64,000 nucleotides of DNA from Clostridia bacterium (lineage in GTDB: Bacteria; Bacillota; Clostridia; Oscillospirales; CAG-272): positions 6,037 through 70,036 of the forward strand of contig JAGBTM010000045.1 in NCBI GenBank assembly GCA_017631325.1, read 5' to 3'. Numbering within the stretch: position 1 is the stretch's first letter; each line of letters opens with the position of its first letter. A program made the position numbers and the translations under genes. This document shows positions 40,556 through 49,937 of this stretch, piece after piece. The notes under the pieces were generated by a model. The model made no database searches and was not told where the DNA came from. It worked only from the letters and a program-made list of their open reading frames with translations.

Positions 40556-41272
40556 CTATATTTTTTCCTCTATCTTTTTTCTAAGGTAGCTCATAATCTT
40601 TTTTTCGAGCCTTGAAATGTAGCTTTGGGATATACCGAGAGTATCGGCAACCTCCTTTTGCGTAAGCTCCCTCTGGCCCGAAAGTCCGTAGCGCATTTCT
40701 ACGATTATTTTCTCTCTTGGGCTGAGAGTCAAGACGGCCTCTCTTAGTATTCTGCGCTCCTCGTCCTCCTCCATCTCCTTTGAGACCACGTCGCTTTCGC
40801 TGCCTAAAACGTCCGAGAGAAGAAGCTCGTTTCCGTCAAAATCGACGTTTAAGGGCTCGTCAATGGAGACCTCTCGCTTTCTTGAGGAGCGCTTGCGAAT
40901 ATACATAAGAATTTCATTTTCTATACATCTTGAGGCGTAGGTTGCGAGCTTAATCTTCTTATCTGCATTAAAGGTTGATACGGCCTTCATAAGTCCTACC
41001 GTGCCTATCGATATAAGCTCCTCTATATTTGCGCCTGTATTCTCAAATCTTTTAGCTATGTAGGCGACGAGCCTGAGATTATGCTCTATCAGAGCATCTC
41101 TTGACTCCTTGTCGTCTATGTGGCGTATCATTTCGTCCTCATCGGTATCCGAAAGAGGAGGCGGGAGGGTATCGGTGCCGTTTATATAGTATACCTTATT
41201 TTTAAAAAACCGTAAAAGAAAAAAGGTCTTTACTTTTTCAAAAAACAATCTTATGCCCTTAAATTTCAACAT
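40556..41272 (-). CDS. sigE: sporulation sigma factor SigE (pro-sigma-E)
   Basis: VYYI.G...LPPPL after a ~25 aa pro-sequence, and [17 protein letters not shown]. Sits directly downstream of spoIIGA. The start at 41272 was chosen by pro-sequence length and is uncertain. Confidence 0.9.
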   Translation of the reverse strand: MLKFKGIRLFFEKVKTFFLLRFFKNKVYYINGTDTLPPPLSDTDEDEMIRHIDDKESRDALIEHNLRLVAYIAKRFENTGANIEELISIGTVGLMKAVSTFNADKKIKLATYASRCIENEILMYIRKRSSRKREVSIDEPLNVDFDGNELLLSDVLGSESDVVSKEMEEDEERRILREAVLTLSPREKIIVEMRYGLSGQRELTQKEVADTLGISQSYISRLEKKIMSYLRKKIEEKI

Positions 41273-42119
41273 CGCAAAGCGCAGCGGACGGAACCAAAAG
41301 CTCGTATCCGCCAAAGTCACCACCTTCCTTATCTATTGCGAGGGTTGCTACGATTTCTGCGCACCCGCTATCAGATATCACTCTCACCTTATCTACACGC
41401 ACTCCCGTAAGGACACGTGTTTTGCCTCCCATCGACACGGGAATAAGCCTTATTCTCTTACGCATATCGCGCGTCAGCTTGTCGGGATCGGACAAATCCG
41501 TCACCTCATTTGGCAAAAGCTCGCTTGCAAGCCTTTTCTTTATGAGCATCACAGGGCTCATATCCATAGGGTCTATCGCAAGATTTCCGCTGTCAACAAA
41601 GGCCTCGGCTCTGATGCTTTTACCCGAAATTTCTATCTCCAGCTCGCGACTTTGAGAGGAGGTATTACCTGAAAAAATTGCTACTATCATTTTAAATGCT
41701 CCTATGCAAAAAAGAACGCCGAGAGCGATAAGCAAAAGAGGCCTGTTCACCTCTCTGCCCTCTTCGAGCCTATCGCCAAGGTATGTACCGAGAATATCAA
41801 ATAAGAAGCTCACAGCTCCCCCAAGAAGCGCTGAAAATATCAGAAATGCCGACAAAAACCTCACGCGCCTTGTCACACAAGCTCCCCGAGGCCCGACTGC
41901 TCCAATAGTCAAAAGGCCGAGTACAGCGCAGACGAGCTTCGGTATGACCCTCTCGGGCATAAGCAATATTACAACCGCAAAAAGCGCCCCCAAAAGCGAG
42001 GATACGAGAAGCCGTAACTTAGTAATCTTCACCCTTGAAAAAACAGCGGCGAAATATATAGCTAAGGTATCCGCAGTAAAATTTATAAGAAAATAAACGT
42101 CGATATAAACCGTTCTCAT
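41259..42119 (-). CDS. spoIIGA: sigma-E processing peptidase SpoIIGA
   Basis: Five N-terminal TM helices and the FVDSGN aspartic protease motif. ATG at 42119 with GGAGGG RBS. Confidence 0.9.
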   Translation of the reverse strand: MRTVYIDVYFLINFTADTLAIYFAAVFSRVKITKLRLLVSSLLGALFAVVILLMPERVIPKLVCAVLGLLTIGAVGPRGACVTRRVRFLSAFLIFSALLGGAVSFLFDILGTYLGDRLEEGREVNRPLLLIALGVLFCIGAFKMIVAIFSGNTSSQSRELEIEISGKSIRAEAFVDSGNLAIDPMDMSPVMLIKKRLASELLPNEVTDLSDPDKLTRDMRKRIRLIPVSMGGKTRVLTGVRVDKVRVISDSGCAEIVATLAIDKEGGDFGGYELLVPSAALCDVEI

Positions 42120-42544
42120 ATAATTCCCTCCGCTCACACAGTATTTTAGCACAATAAAAATAAATATGTTGTCGCATATTGGGGAAACAAAATTTTTGGA
42201 TAATTATTTTTTCACCGTAAGGTAGAGAGCGTCCGCTTTTCGTTTATCGGTACATTTATCTTGTGTTTTTATACTGCGCGTTTTCGCTGGCGCTTTTGCT
42301 TCGTGCTTGCGCTTAGTTTCTTTTCTGTGTTTTCATTCTGCATTTTTGCTTTGGGCTTTCGCTGTGCGCTTTTGTTTTACGTTATATCATGGTTAAGAGA
42401 ATTCATCTGTATATATCAGAAAAACGCTCGCTGAGTGTCAAGTTCCAAAGCCGAGTACGGTGGCCGTAACCTAAAAAAAGCATATACTGATATGGGGTAA
42501 TGCCCCAAAACGATATAACTATACTATAAAGTAAAGGAAAACAA

Positions 42545-43408
42545 ATGGCAACCTTTTACAACCAGGCAACGCTTTCGTATAACGGCGGCGTTACCAACTC
42601 AAACGTTACCGAAGGCGAGGTTATAGCCGGCCTTACCTTGACAAAAACGGCAGCCACGAGCGACTACGGACCGGGTGATAGCATCACCTACGTAGTTAGC
42701 CTTGTGAACAGCTCGGATACCGACTACACGGACATCACTCTCAGAGACGACCTCGGCGCCTATATTCCTGCAGGCAGCACAACGGCCGTATTACCATTAA
42801 GCTACGTTGACGGCTCTATTCTGTATTACAGAAACGGCTCGCTCGCGACAGCTCCTACCGTTACCACCGAAGACGGACTTGTAATAACCGGAATAGTCGT
42901 TCCCGCGGGCGGAAACGCAACGGTAATATACGAGGTCAGAGCTAATGAGTTCGCGCCTCTCAGCGCCGACTCGCAAATCCTGAATACCGTATCAGCAAGC
43001 GGTGGCTGTATAGGTGAGGAAGGCCTTAGCGACAGCGCAACCGTTCCCACAAGAGACGAAGCTAATCTTACGATAGCTAAGGCTGTATGCCCCGACGTTA
43101 TAAGCTGTGGCGATGCCGTAACCTACACTCTCATAATTCAGAATACGGGTAATACGGCAACCGTTGCTACCGACAACGTAGTAGTGAGTGACGTATTCAA
43201 CCCCGTGCTTACAAACATCTCGGTAACCCTTGACGGCGTAGCTCTTGCCGAGGGCACGGGATACACCTACGATGCAGTAAGCGGCGCGTTCGCAACTCTT
43301 TCCGGCGTAATTACCGTACCTGCCGCAACGTATAGCACCGACCCTGTTACAGGCGCGGTTACTACAAGCCCGGGCGTAGCCGTTCTCACCGTTACGGGTA
43401 CTGTTTAG
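42545..43408 (+). CDS. DUF11-type repeat (conserved repeat domain) protein with no signal peptide
   Basis: 287 aa, rich in T, V, G and A. Two tandem ~130 aa modules each contain L...K......PGD..TY...V.N.G-like strands. No N-terminal hydrophobic segment. Confidence 0.6.
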   Translation: MATFYNQATLSYNGGVTNSNVTEGEVIAGLTLTKTAATSDYGPGDSITYVVSLVNSSDTDYTDITLRDDLGAYIPAGSTTAVLPLSYVDGSILYYRNGSLATAPTVTTEDGLVITGIVVPAGGNATVIYEVRANEFAPLSADSQILNTVSASGGCIGEEGLSDSATVPTRDEANLTIAKAVCPDVISCGDAVTYTLIIQNTGNTATVATDNVVVSDVFNPVLTNISVTLDGVALAEGTGYTYDAVSGAFATLSGVITVPAATYSTDPVTGAVTTSPGVAVLTVTGTV

Positions 43409-43474
43409 TTCTATATTATTGCGCTCTAGTTCGGTACTGTTACGGTCTGGTTCTGTATTATTTCGCTTTAGCTC
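43397..43474 (+). repeat. degenerate tandem duplication (36 + 42 bp) that includes the last 12 nt of the CDS
   Basis: Unit A at 43397-43432 and unit B at 43433-43474 both begin ggtactgtt and share gttctRtattattKcgctYtagYtc. Confidence 0.7.
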
Positions 43475-43528
43475 TTAATGTTAGTATAAGAACAAAACGG
43501 AATATAATACCCTAATGGATAAAAAAGG

Positions 43529-43566
43529 AGAGTGCCTCATCTTGAGGCACTCTTCGATTTTTTATC
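43529..43566 (+). terminator. Rho-independent terminator
   Basis: 11 bp stem agagtgcctca / tgaggcactct with a 3 nt loop. A T-run follows after 3 nt. Confidence 0.75.
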
Positions 43567-43626
43567 AGCTCATTTCATTAGCTCAATTTTTGTTATCCGT
43601 TTTTTAAATGCAGAAAAGAACGTACT

Positions 43627-44883
43627 CTATTTTTTGTACGTTTGCTTGTCAGAGGGGCGCTCGGGACGGGGCTTAGGCTCGTAAATTCCAAGGTCGGTAT
43701 CTATGATAGCTCCGTTTATGATAGAGTCGTCTCCATATTTCTGCCGTATTTTATCTATCGTTTCTTCCATTTTCTTGTTTTTTTCACGTGCTTGCTCCTT
43801 GTCCTCTCCAAACATATCTATCTGTGTAGCAAGCATATTGGAATGCACGAGATTTGAGGCTGTAACCGTCAGCATTCTGATAGGCTTTCGTTCGGGCCAC
43901 TCGTCAGTCAAAATCGACATAGCAATGTCTGAGATTTCCTTTGCCAAATCGGTTTCGGGCGAAGCAGGACGCTGACGCTGTATCGTGCGAAGATACTCGT
44001 CCTTTATACCAAGCTGAACCGTTGCGCACTTCATTCCCTGCGCTCTGAGTCTTCTGGCGACCTCCTCGGACAGATGTGAGATGCCTATTTTGCACTCCTC
44101 ACGTCCTACGAGATTATGACGGAACGTAAGACCTGAGCCGACGCTCTTTGCATCGGCATGCTCACCGAGGTGGGCAACCGGTGAGTCGTCAAGACCGTTT
44201 GCGTATTTATGAAGCATAGCACCTGCCTTGCCGAATTTTGACGTAAGAATTTCAGGGCTTGTTGCCGCAAGCGCACCTATGGTGCGTATTCCCATAAGAC
44301 GTAGCTCCTTTTCGGTTTTAGCACCTATAAAAAGCAGGTCCTGGACAGGCAGGGGAAAGACTATTTCTCTGAAATTTTCCTCGCTGATTACGGTTACGGC
44401 ATCAGGCTTCTTGTAGTCGCTTCCAAGCTTTGCAAAAATTTTGTTAAACGACACTCCGACCGATACCGTAATACCTATTTCACGCTTGACGTCCTCGCGT
44501 ATTAGGTTGGCGATTTGCTCACCGTCGCCAAAGAGTTTTCGGCTTGCGGTAACGTCGAGCCAGCTTTCGTCAATTCCAAACGGCTCTATCATATCGGTGT
44601 AGCGCGAATAAATCTCGTTTACTCTTTTTGAGTATTCTGCATAAAGCTCGTGGTGGGGCGGACCTATAACGAGGTCCTTGCATTTTTGTTTTGCGCTGTA
44701 AACCGTTTCGGCAGTTTTTATGCCGTAGCTTTTGGCTATATAGTTCTTTGCGAGCACTATTCCGCGCCTGTCGGCAGCACTTCCGCAGACGGCAAAGGGG
44801 ACGTCGCGGTATGCGGGATTTAACGCTGCCTCAACAGATGCAAAAAAGTTATTACAGTCGCAATGAAGAATAACTCTCTTCAC
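43627..44883 (-). CDS. dinB: DNA polymerase IV (Y-family)
   Basis: ILHCDCNNFFASVE, and SIDE-like GIDESWLDVT. GTG at 44883 is preceded by GGAGGAGG. The ORF track starts at a TTG at 44907. Confidence 0.9.
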   Translation of the reverse strand: MKRVILHCDCNNFFASVEAALNPAYRDVPFAVCGSAADRRGIVLAKNYIAKSYGIKTAETVYSAKQKCKDLVIGPPHHELYAEYSKRVNEIYSRYTDMIEPFGIDESWLDVTASRKLFGDGEQIANLIREDVKREIGITVSVGVSFNKIFAKLGSDYKKPDAVTVISEENFREIVFPLPVQDLLFIGAKTEKELRLMGIRTIGALAATSPEILTSKFGKAGAMLHKYANGLDDSPVAHLGEHADAKSVGSGLTFRHNLVGREECKIGISHLSEEVARRLRAQGMKCATVQLGIKDEYLRTIQRQRPASPETDLAKEISDIAMSILTDEWPERKPIRMLTVTASNLVHSNMLATQIDMFGEDKEQAREKNKKMEETIDKIRQKYGDDSIINGAIIDTDLGIYEPKPRPERPSDKQTYKK

Positions 44884-44977
44884 GCCCCTCCTCCTCTCTG
44901 ACGGCAAGATGCATTTTCTGCCTTATATTTTGTCCCTTTTTTCGTTTTTATCGTTCTTGATGTTTTTCGTTTTTATT

Positions 44978-45053
44978 GTTTTTGCCGTTTTGACATTTTG
45001 CTGTTTTGGCGTTTTGCCGTTTTGCCGTTTTGCCGTTTTGTGCTGTTTTGAAC
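44978..45053. repeat. about nine tandem 8 bp units (GTTTTGCC consensus)
   Basis: gtttttgcc gttttgac attttgct gttttggc gttttgcc x3 gttttgtgct gttttgaac. Confidence 0.85.
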
Positions 45054-45098
45054 TTCTTTGTTGTTATTCGATGTTCTTGGGAGCTCTTTGTATTTGTA

Positions 45099-46655
45099 TT
45101 ACTTTTCTTCAGTGTAAATAAGCTCGGGCTCGCCAAGGTAACGGCGCTTTTGCATCTGGGCGCCCTCCTTGAGCGTGAAGATAAATTCTGCTCCTACTCC
45201 GTCCGAGGACGTTGCCCATATTTTCTCACCGTGAGCCTCGACTATGGTCTTGGAAATGTAAAGTCCCAGTCCTACTCCACTCTTATCGAGTCCGCGGCTC
45301 TTATCGGTCTTGTAAAATCTGTCAAAGACGAGCTTGAGGTCCTCCTCGGAGATGGTCTGTCCCTCGTCGAATACCGAAACGCGAATTTTCTTTGGAGCCT
45401 CTCTCACAATTCTGATGGCGAATTTTCCGCCGTCGTGCGAGAACTTAATCGCGTTGTGGCAAAGGTTATAAAGCACCTGATAAATTGCGTCCTTGTCGGC
45501 GTTTACCGTCATTTCATCGGAGTCTGCCTCAAATTCAACCTCGAGGCGCTTTGCCTCTATCTTCTGCTCGAAGGAAATGAGAATAACTCTCGCCATCTCG
45601 GCAATATCGAAGTCGACGAAGTTGAATTTGCGCTCGCCCGACTCCAGCCTTGACACGTCGAGTATCTCGGAAACGAGGCGCGACAGACGGTGTATCTCCG
45701 ACTGGATTACGTTGAGATAATATCCGTGCTTTTCGGGTGGAATAGCGCCAGAGGTTATGCCGTCTATAAATCCCGAGACGGTTGTCATAGGTGTGCGCAG
45801 GTCGTGGGAAACGTTAGCTAAAAACGAGTTACGCATTTTCTCAAGGCTATCAAGCGACTCTGCCATATTGTTGAAGGCTCGGCCAAGCTCGGATACCTCG
45901 TCGTCGCCCGAGACCACAACGCGCGCTGAGAAATCACCCTTACCGAAGCTCTTGGCGGCGCCTGTCATCGTGCGAAGCGGGTGAACTATGCGCTCGGTGA
46001 TAAAGTACGCCGCTATTACTGCCGCGAGCATTACCCAAATCGAGCTGTTTATTACGGCCTGTCTTGCTATTGCAACAAGTCCGTCCTCTCTTGTGGTTGA
46101 GGAAAGAGTAAGCACGTATCCACGCACCTCACCCATAACCACGACGTCGTTTGCGTAGACGACGCACTGCTCGTCAAGAATACCGCCGAGCGTTCCCTTG
46201 TGAACATAGTTTACGTTCATATCATCGTCGGTCGTTTCGGTAAAATGCTTCTCGAAATTTACCACTCCAAAGCCGTCGTCAACGTCAAAAACGGGCTCCT
46301 TACTGCCGTCGGGGCCTATCGCTCCCTTTGCTACGGTGGACAGAAGTATTTTTCCCGTCGGGTCGGTTACCATAACGTCGAAGCTCTTGTCAAAATTAAC
46401 CATAGGCGTTATGACCTTAGAGAGCTGCTCGTGGTATATATAATTCGTTACGTTCTCTACGTTCTCGCGCTCTATATCCTTTACTATAACGTTTCCTGAA
46501 AGAGCAAGCTTCTCTTCCTTTTCCTCGAGAGCGTGTGTCTGTATCATTGACGTTATTATACCCGAAAGTATAAGAAAGCTCACGAGAATTATTATAACGA
46601 ACGCGGTAATGTATTTAGAAAAAGACGTCTTAAACAAAATATCACTCCTTTTCAT
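45099..46655 (-). CDS. sensor histidine kinase (2 TM, HAMP, HisKA, HATPase_c) with no adjacent response regulator
   Basis: 518 aa. H box SHDLRTPMT, and N, G1 and G2 boxes. Confidence 0.85.
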   Translation of the reverse strand: MKRSDILFKTSFSKYITAFVIIILVSFLILSGIITSMIQTHALEEKEEKLALSGNVIVKDIERENVENVTNYIYHEQLSKVITPMVNFDKSFDVMVTDPTGKILLSTVAKGAIGPDGSKEPVFDVDDGFGVVNFEKHFTETTDDDMNVNYVHKGTLGGILDEQCVVYANDVVVMGEVRGYVLTLSSTTREDGLVAIARQAVINSSIWVMLAAVIAAYFITERIVHPLRTMTGAAKSFGKGDFSARVVVSGDDEVSELGRAFNNMAESLDSLEKMRNSFLANVSHDLRTPMTTVSGFIDGITSGAIPPEKHGYYLNVIQSEIHRLSRLVSEILDVSRLESGERKFNFVDFDIAEMARVILISFEQKIEAKRLEVEFEADSDEMTVNADKDAIYQVLYNLCHNAIKFSHDGGKFAIRIVREAPKKIRVSVFDEGQTISEEDLKLVFDRFYKTDKSRGLDKSGVGLGLYISKTIVEAHGEKIWATSSDGVGAEFIFTLKEGAQMQKRRYLGEPELIYTEEK

Positions 46656-46726
46656 TCTCTAAGCTACATTGTAACATATTTTAGTATAATCTGTCAAATA
46701 TTTTTACATATTTGGATTGACTAAAT

Positions 46727-46755
46727 TTTAATTTTGTGTTAAAATGTATTCTGTA
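46727..46755 (+). promoter_or_regulatory. sigma-A type promoter of gltX
   Basis: TTGACT, 17 nt spacer ending in TGT (extended -10), TAAAAT. Confidence 0.6.
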
Positions 46756-46850
46756 CCTTAAGGCGCGGGCGTTTTAGTGCCAAAAAATGACGAAATCGTC
46801 CCTTTTATATTCTGCCCGCTAAATAAAACGAAAACACGGAAGGAAAAAAC

Positions 46851-48293
46851 ATGACTGTCACAAGATTTGCTCCAAGCCCTACGGGCTATATGCACATAGG
46901 TAACCTCAGAACAGCTCTCTACTCCTATCTTATCGCCAAGCACGACGGCGGTAAATTTATACTTAGAATAGAGGATACCGACCGCGAGAGGCTTGTTGAG
47001 GGTGCTACCGATATTATCAAATCCACTCTTGCTATAACCGGCCTTAACTACGACGAGGGACCCGACATTGGCGGTGAGCACGGCCCCTACGTTCAGAGCG
47101 AGCGCAAGGAAATATATATGGAGTACGCAAAGAAGCTCGTGGATATGGGTTACGCGTACTACTGCTTCTGCTCAAAGGACCGTCTTGAGAAGCTTCACGA
47201 GGAGGACTCGGTAGGCGGATACGACAGGCATTGCAGAAATCTCTCAAAGGAAGAGGCTCTAAAAAATCTTAAGGCAGGTATTCCCTTCGTTATCAGACAG
47301 AAGATGCCCCTTGAGGGCACTACCTCGTACGTAGACTCGGTTTACGGCGAGATTTCGATGGACAACTCCGAGCTTCAGGACCAAATACTTATAAAGGCTG
47401 ACGGATACCCGACCTACAACTTCTGCCACGTCGTTGACGACTATCTTATGGGTATAACTCACGTTGTGCGCGGCTCCGAGTATCTCACCAGCACTCCTAA
47501 ATACGTTCTCCTATACGACGCGTTCGGCTGGGAGCGTCCCGTGTACGTGCATCTGCCTCTTCTTATGGGCAAGAACGAGGACGGAAGCGTATCAAAGCTC
47601 TCTAAAAGACACGGCGCCGTATCGTTCCAGGACCTTGTACGCGACGGATATCTGCCCGAGGCCATAATCAACTATATCGCACTTCTCGGCTGGTGTCCGA
47701 AGAATAGCGAGAGCGAGTTCTTTGACCTCGACGGGCTCAAGGCGGCGTTCACTATTGACGGAGTATCAAAGTCACCTGCTGTGTTCGATTTTGACAAGCT
47801 CCTTTGGTTTAACGGTGAGTATATACACAAGATGGACGAGGATGAGTTCAACTCGGTTATCTATAAATTTATAGATAAGGAAATTCCCGAGAACATCAAG
47901 CGCGACAAAATGCTTTCTCTTCTCAGAACGAGAATTTCCACCTTTAAGGAAATAAACGATAAGATGGACTTCTTTATCACACTTCCCGAGTATGATAAGG
48001 AGCTGTTCCTCAACAAGAAGAACAAAATTTCGGATTACGATATTGTAAGGTCGGTTCTCGAAGAGGCAAGGCTCACCCTTTCGTCTCTCGACGCCTTCGA
48101 TAACGACACGCTCTTTGCCTCTCTTATGCCTATCGCAGAGAAGCTTGCTATAAAGACGGGCACGCTGATGTGGTGCATAAGAATTGCCGTTTCGGGTATG
48201 GCGGCAACTCCGGGAGGCGCTACCGAGATTATGGAGGTAATAGGCAAGGAGGAAAGCCTTAAGAGAATAGACAAGGCTCTCTCCATGCTTTAA
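46851..48293 (+). CDS. gltX: glutamate--tRNA ligase
   Basis: RFAPSPTGYMHIGN (HIGH) and KLSKRHG (KMSKS). Confidence 0.95.
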   Translation: MTVTRFAPSPTGYMHIGNLRTALYSYLIAKHDGGKFILRIEDTDRERLVEGATDIIKSTLAITGLNYDEGPDIGGEHGPYVQSERKEIYMEYAKKLVDMGYAYYCFCSKDRLEKLHEEDSVGGYDRHCRNLSKEEALKNLKAGIPFVIRQKMPLEGTTSYVDSVYGEISMDNSELQDQILIKADGYPTYNFCHVVDDYLMGITHVVRGSEYLTSTPKYVLLYDAFGWERPVYVHLPLLMGKNEDGSVSKLSKRHGAVSFQDLVRDGYLPEAIINYIALLGWCPKNSESEFFDLDGLKAAFTIDGVSKSPAVFDFDKLLWFNGEYIHKMDEDEFNSVIYKFIDKEIPENIKRDKMLSLLRTRISTFKEINDKMDFFITLPEYDKELFLNKKNKISDYDIVRSVLEEARLTLSSLDAFDNDTLFASLMPIAEKLAIKTGTLMWCIRIAVSGMAATPGGATEIMEVIGKEESLKRIDKALSML

Positions 48294-48309
48294 TTAAAAC
48301 TTAATTTAA

Positions 48310-48342
48310 AAGAGCGTCGGCAGCTTGACTGCCGGCGCTCTT
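48310..48342 (+). terminator. GC-rich hairpin after gltX
   Basis: 14 bp stem (one G-U pair) with a 5 nt loop. The U-tract is weak. Confidence 0.45.
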
Positions 48343-48363
48343 AATTATAGGACTAATAAAGAT

Positions 48364-48393
48364 AAAAAATCCGCCGTGGGTTAAGCGGCGGAT
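48364..48393 (-). terminator. Rho-independent terminator of rpsT
   Basis: Stem atccgccg / cggcggat, followed by T6 on the minus strand. Confidence 0.7.
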
Positions 48394-48399
48394 TTTATA

Positions 48400-48663
48400 T
48401 TATGCCATTGCGTTGAACTTCTTGGTGAACTCGGATTTCTTGTGAGCTGCGTTGTTCTTGTGAAGAATGCCGTGAGCAACTGCCTGGTCAACCTTCTTAA
48501 CAGCAACCTTGTAAAGCTCGGAAGCCTGTGCCTTGTCACCTGCCTCAACTGCTGCGTTGTACTTCTTGATAGCAGTCTTGAGCTGGCTCTTGACCATCTG
48601 ATTCTGAAGTGCCTTTGCCTGGTTAACAAGTATACGCTTCTTTGCGGATTTGATATTAGCCAT
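48400..48663 (-). CDS. rpsT: 30S ribosomal protein S20
   Basis: 87 aa. MANIKSAKKR start, basic and helical. Confidence 0.95.
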   Translation of the reverse strand: MANIKSAKKRILVNQAKALQNQMVKSQLKTAIKKYNAAVEAGDKAQASELYKVAVKKVDQAVAHGILHKNNAAHKKSEFTKKFNAMA

Positions 48664-48980
48664 TTCGCTTCTCCTTATTTTTTTACGTAATCGTGCTCCG
48701 CTTCATATACAGCTGAGAGGGTCTGTAAAAGGTTACTTCGCAACCTGATTACTTTTTATTACCGATATATTCTAGCATACTTTTTATGTAAAATCAAGTG
48801 TTTTTTTAATTTTTTTCGGGCTTTTTTATTTTTTTTGATTTTTCGGCCGGTTTTTCGGATTTGCGCTGTATTTTTTCTGACTTTTTAGCTTTGTGGGTTG
48901 AATTTTTTCTGATTTTATTGTACAATAAATAAGTGATATTGAAATTCAAAACGAACTGCCAAAGAAAAAGAGGTTATGCT

Positions 48981-49526
48981 ATGAAGCTTTTAATTTGCTC
49001 TGATATACACGGTGATTTAAGCTCTGCCGAGTTTATAATCAACCTGTTTCACACAAAAGGCTGTGATAAGCTCCTTTTACTCGGTGACGTGCTCTACCAC
49101 GGCCCAAGAAACGACCTGCCCGACGGCTACAACCCCAAGGGAGTAATCGAGCTTTTAAATAAGGAAAAGGACAACATACTTGCCGTGCGAGGCAACTGTG
49201 ACACCGAGGTTGACCAGATGGTCTTGGATTTCCCTATTCTTGCGGATTACGCATATCTTTCTCTTGACGGGATTTCGGTCCTTGCAACGCACGGGCACAA
49301 GTATTCACTATCCTCGCCCCCACCTATGAAAAAAGGTGAAATTCTCCTGTGCGGCCACACTCACGTCGTCAGGTGCGAGAGCTTTGGAGAGGACAACGTC
49401 TACCTTAATCCGGGCTCGGTTTCTATACCTAAGGAGAATACGAAAAAGAGCTATATCGTATACGAGAACAGAGCTTTCACTGCATACGGCTTTGACGGTG
49501 AAATAATCTTCAAAAAGGCGTTTTAA
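48981..49526 (+). CDS. YfcE/MJ0936-family metallophosphoesterase
   Basis: SDIHGD, LGDVLYHGPRN, RGNCD and GHTH motifs. ATG at 48981 with AAGAGG RBS. Confidence 0.8.
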   Translation: MKLLICSDIHGDLSSAEFIINLFHTKGCDKLLLLGDVLYHGPRNDLPDGYNPKGVIELLNKEKDNILAVRGNCDTEVDQMVLDFPILADYAYLSLDGISVLATHGHKYSLSSPPPMKKGEILLCGHTHVVRCESFGEDNVYLNPGSVSIPKENTKKSYIVYENRAFTAYGFDGEIIFKKAF

Positions 49527-49620
49527 GCGTCTAGAATCGAACGACGCCTCACCCCTAAAAACTCGTTTTTTTCTCGTTTTTTCCTCGCTTCCTTCCCACA
49601 TTCTTCTGGATTTTTTCCTA

Positions 49621-49706
49621 TTTTTGCTCGTTTTTTTCGCAATTTTTGCTCGCTTTTTTCGCAATTTTGCTCGTTTTTTCGCAATTTTTGCTCACTTTTT
49701 TCGCAC
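49621..49706. repeat. four tandem 20-22 bp units with T-tracts phased about every 10-11 bp
   Basis: tttttgctcgtttttttcgcaa / tttttgctcgcttttttcgcaa / ttttgctcgttttttcgcaa / tttttgctcacttttttcgcac. Confidence 0.85.
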
Positions 49707-49937
49707 TGTTTTAAGCAAAAAAATGGTTGTCCAAAAGGCTTATTCAAGCCGAAATCAATGCAAAAAAGCCAAACGAAATATACCGATTTTAAGGCCCGCT
49801 AAGAGCTGTTATATTCAGCTTTCAGAGGGCCTTTTTGCTTTGCTGTAAACTTTTTCGACTGCTATGCATAAAATGTATAATATTTCAAAAAAACGAGGTT
49901 TGTTTTAAGGCAGAAACGAATTTGTGAGGTGGTATTT

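Noticed and set aside
44909-45136. ORFs of 70 aa (plus strand) and 62 aa (minus strand) across the octamer repeat.
   Set aside because: They are translations of the GTTTTGCC microsatellite (poly-F/C/L or K/N/Q-rich) with no start context.
49308-49747. Two minus-strand ORFs (118 aa and 74 aa) encoding K/E/R-rich repeats such as EKSEQKLRK.
   Set aside because: They simply translate the 22 bp tandem T-tract repeat. They have no RBS, overlap the end of the phosphoesterase gene, and have a low-complexity composition.
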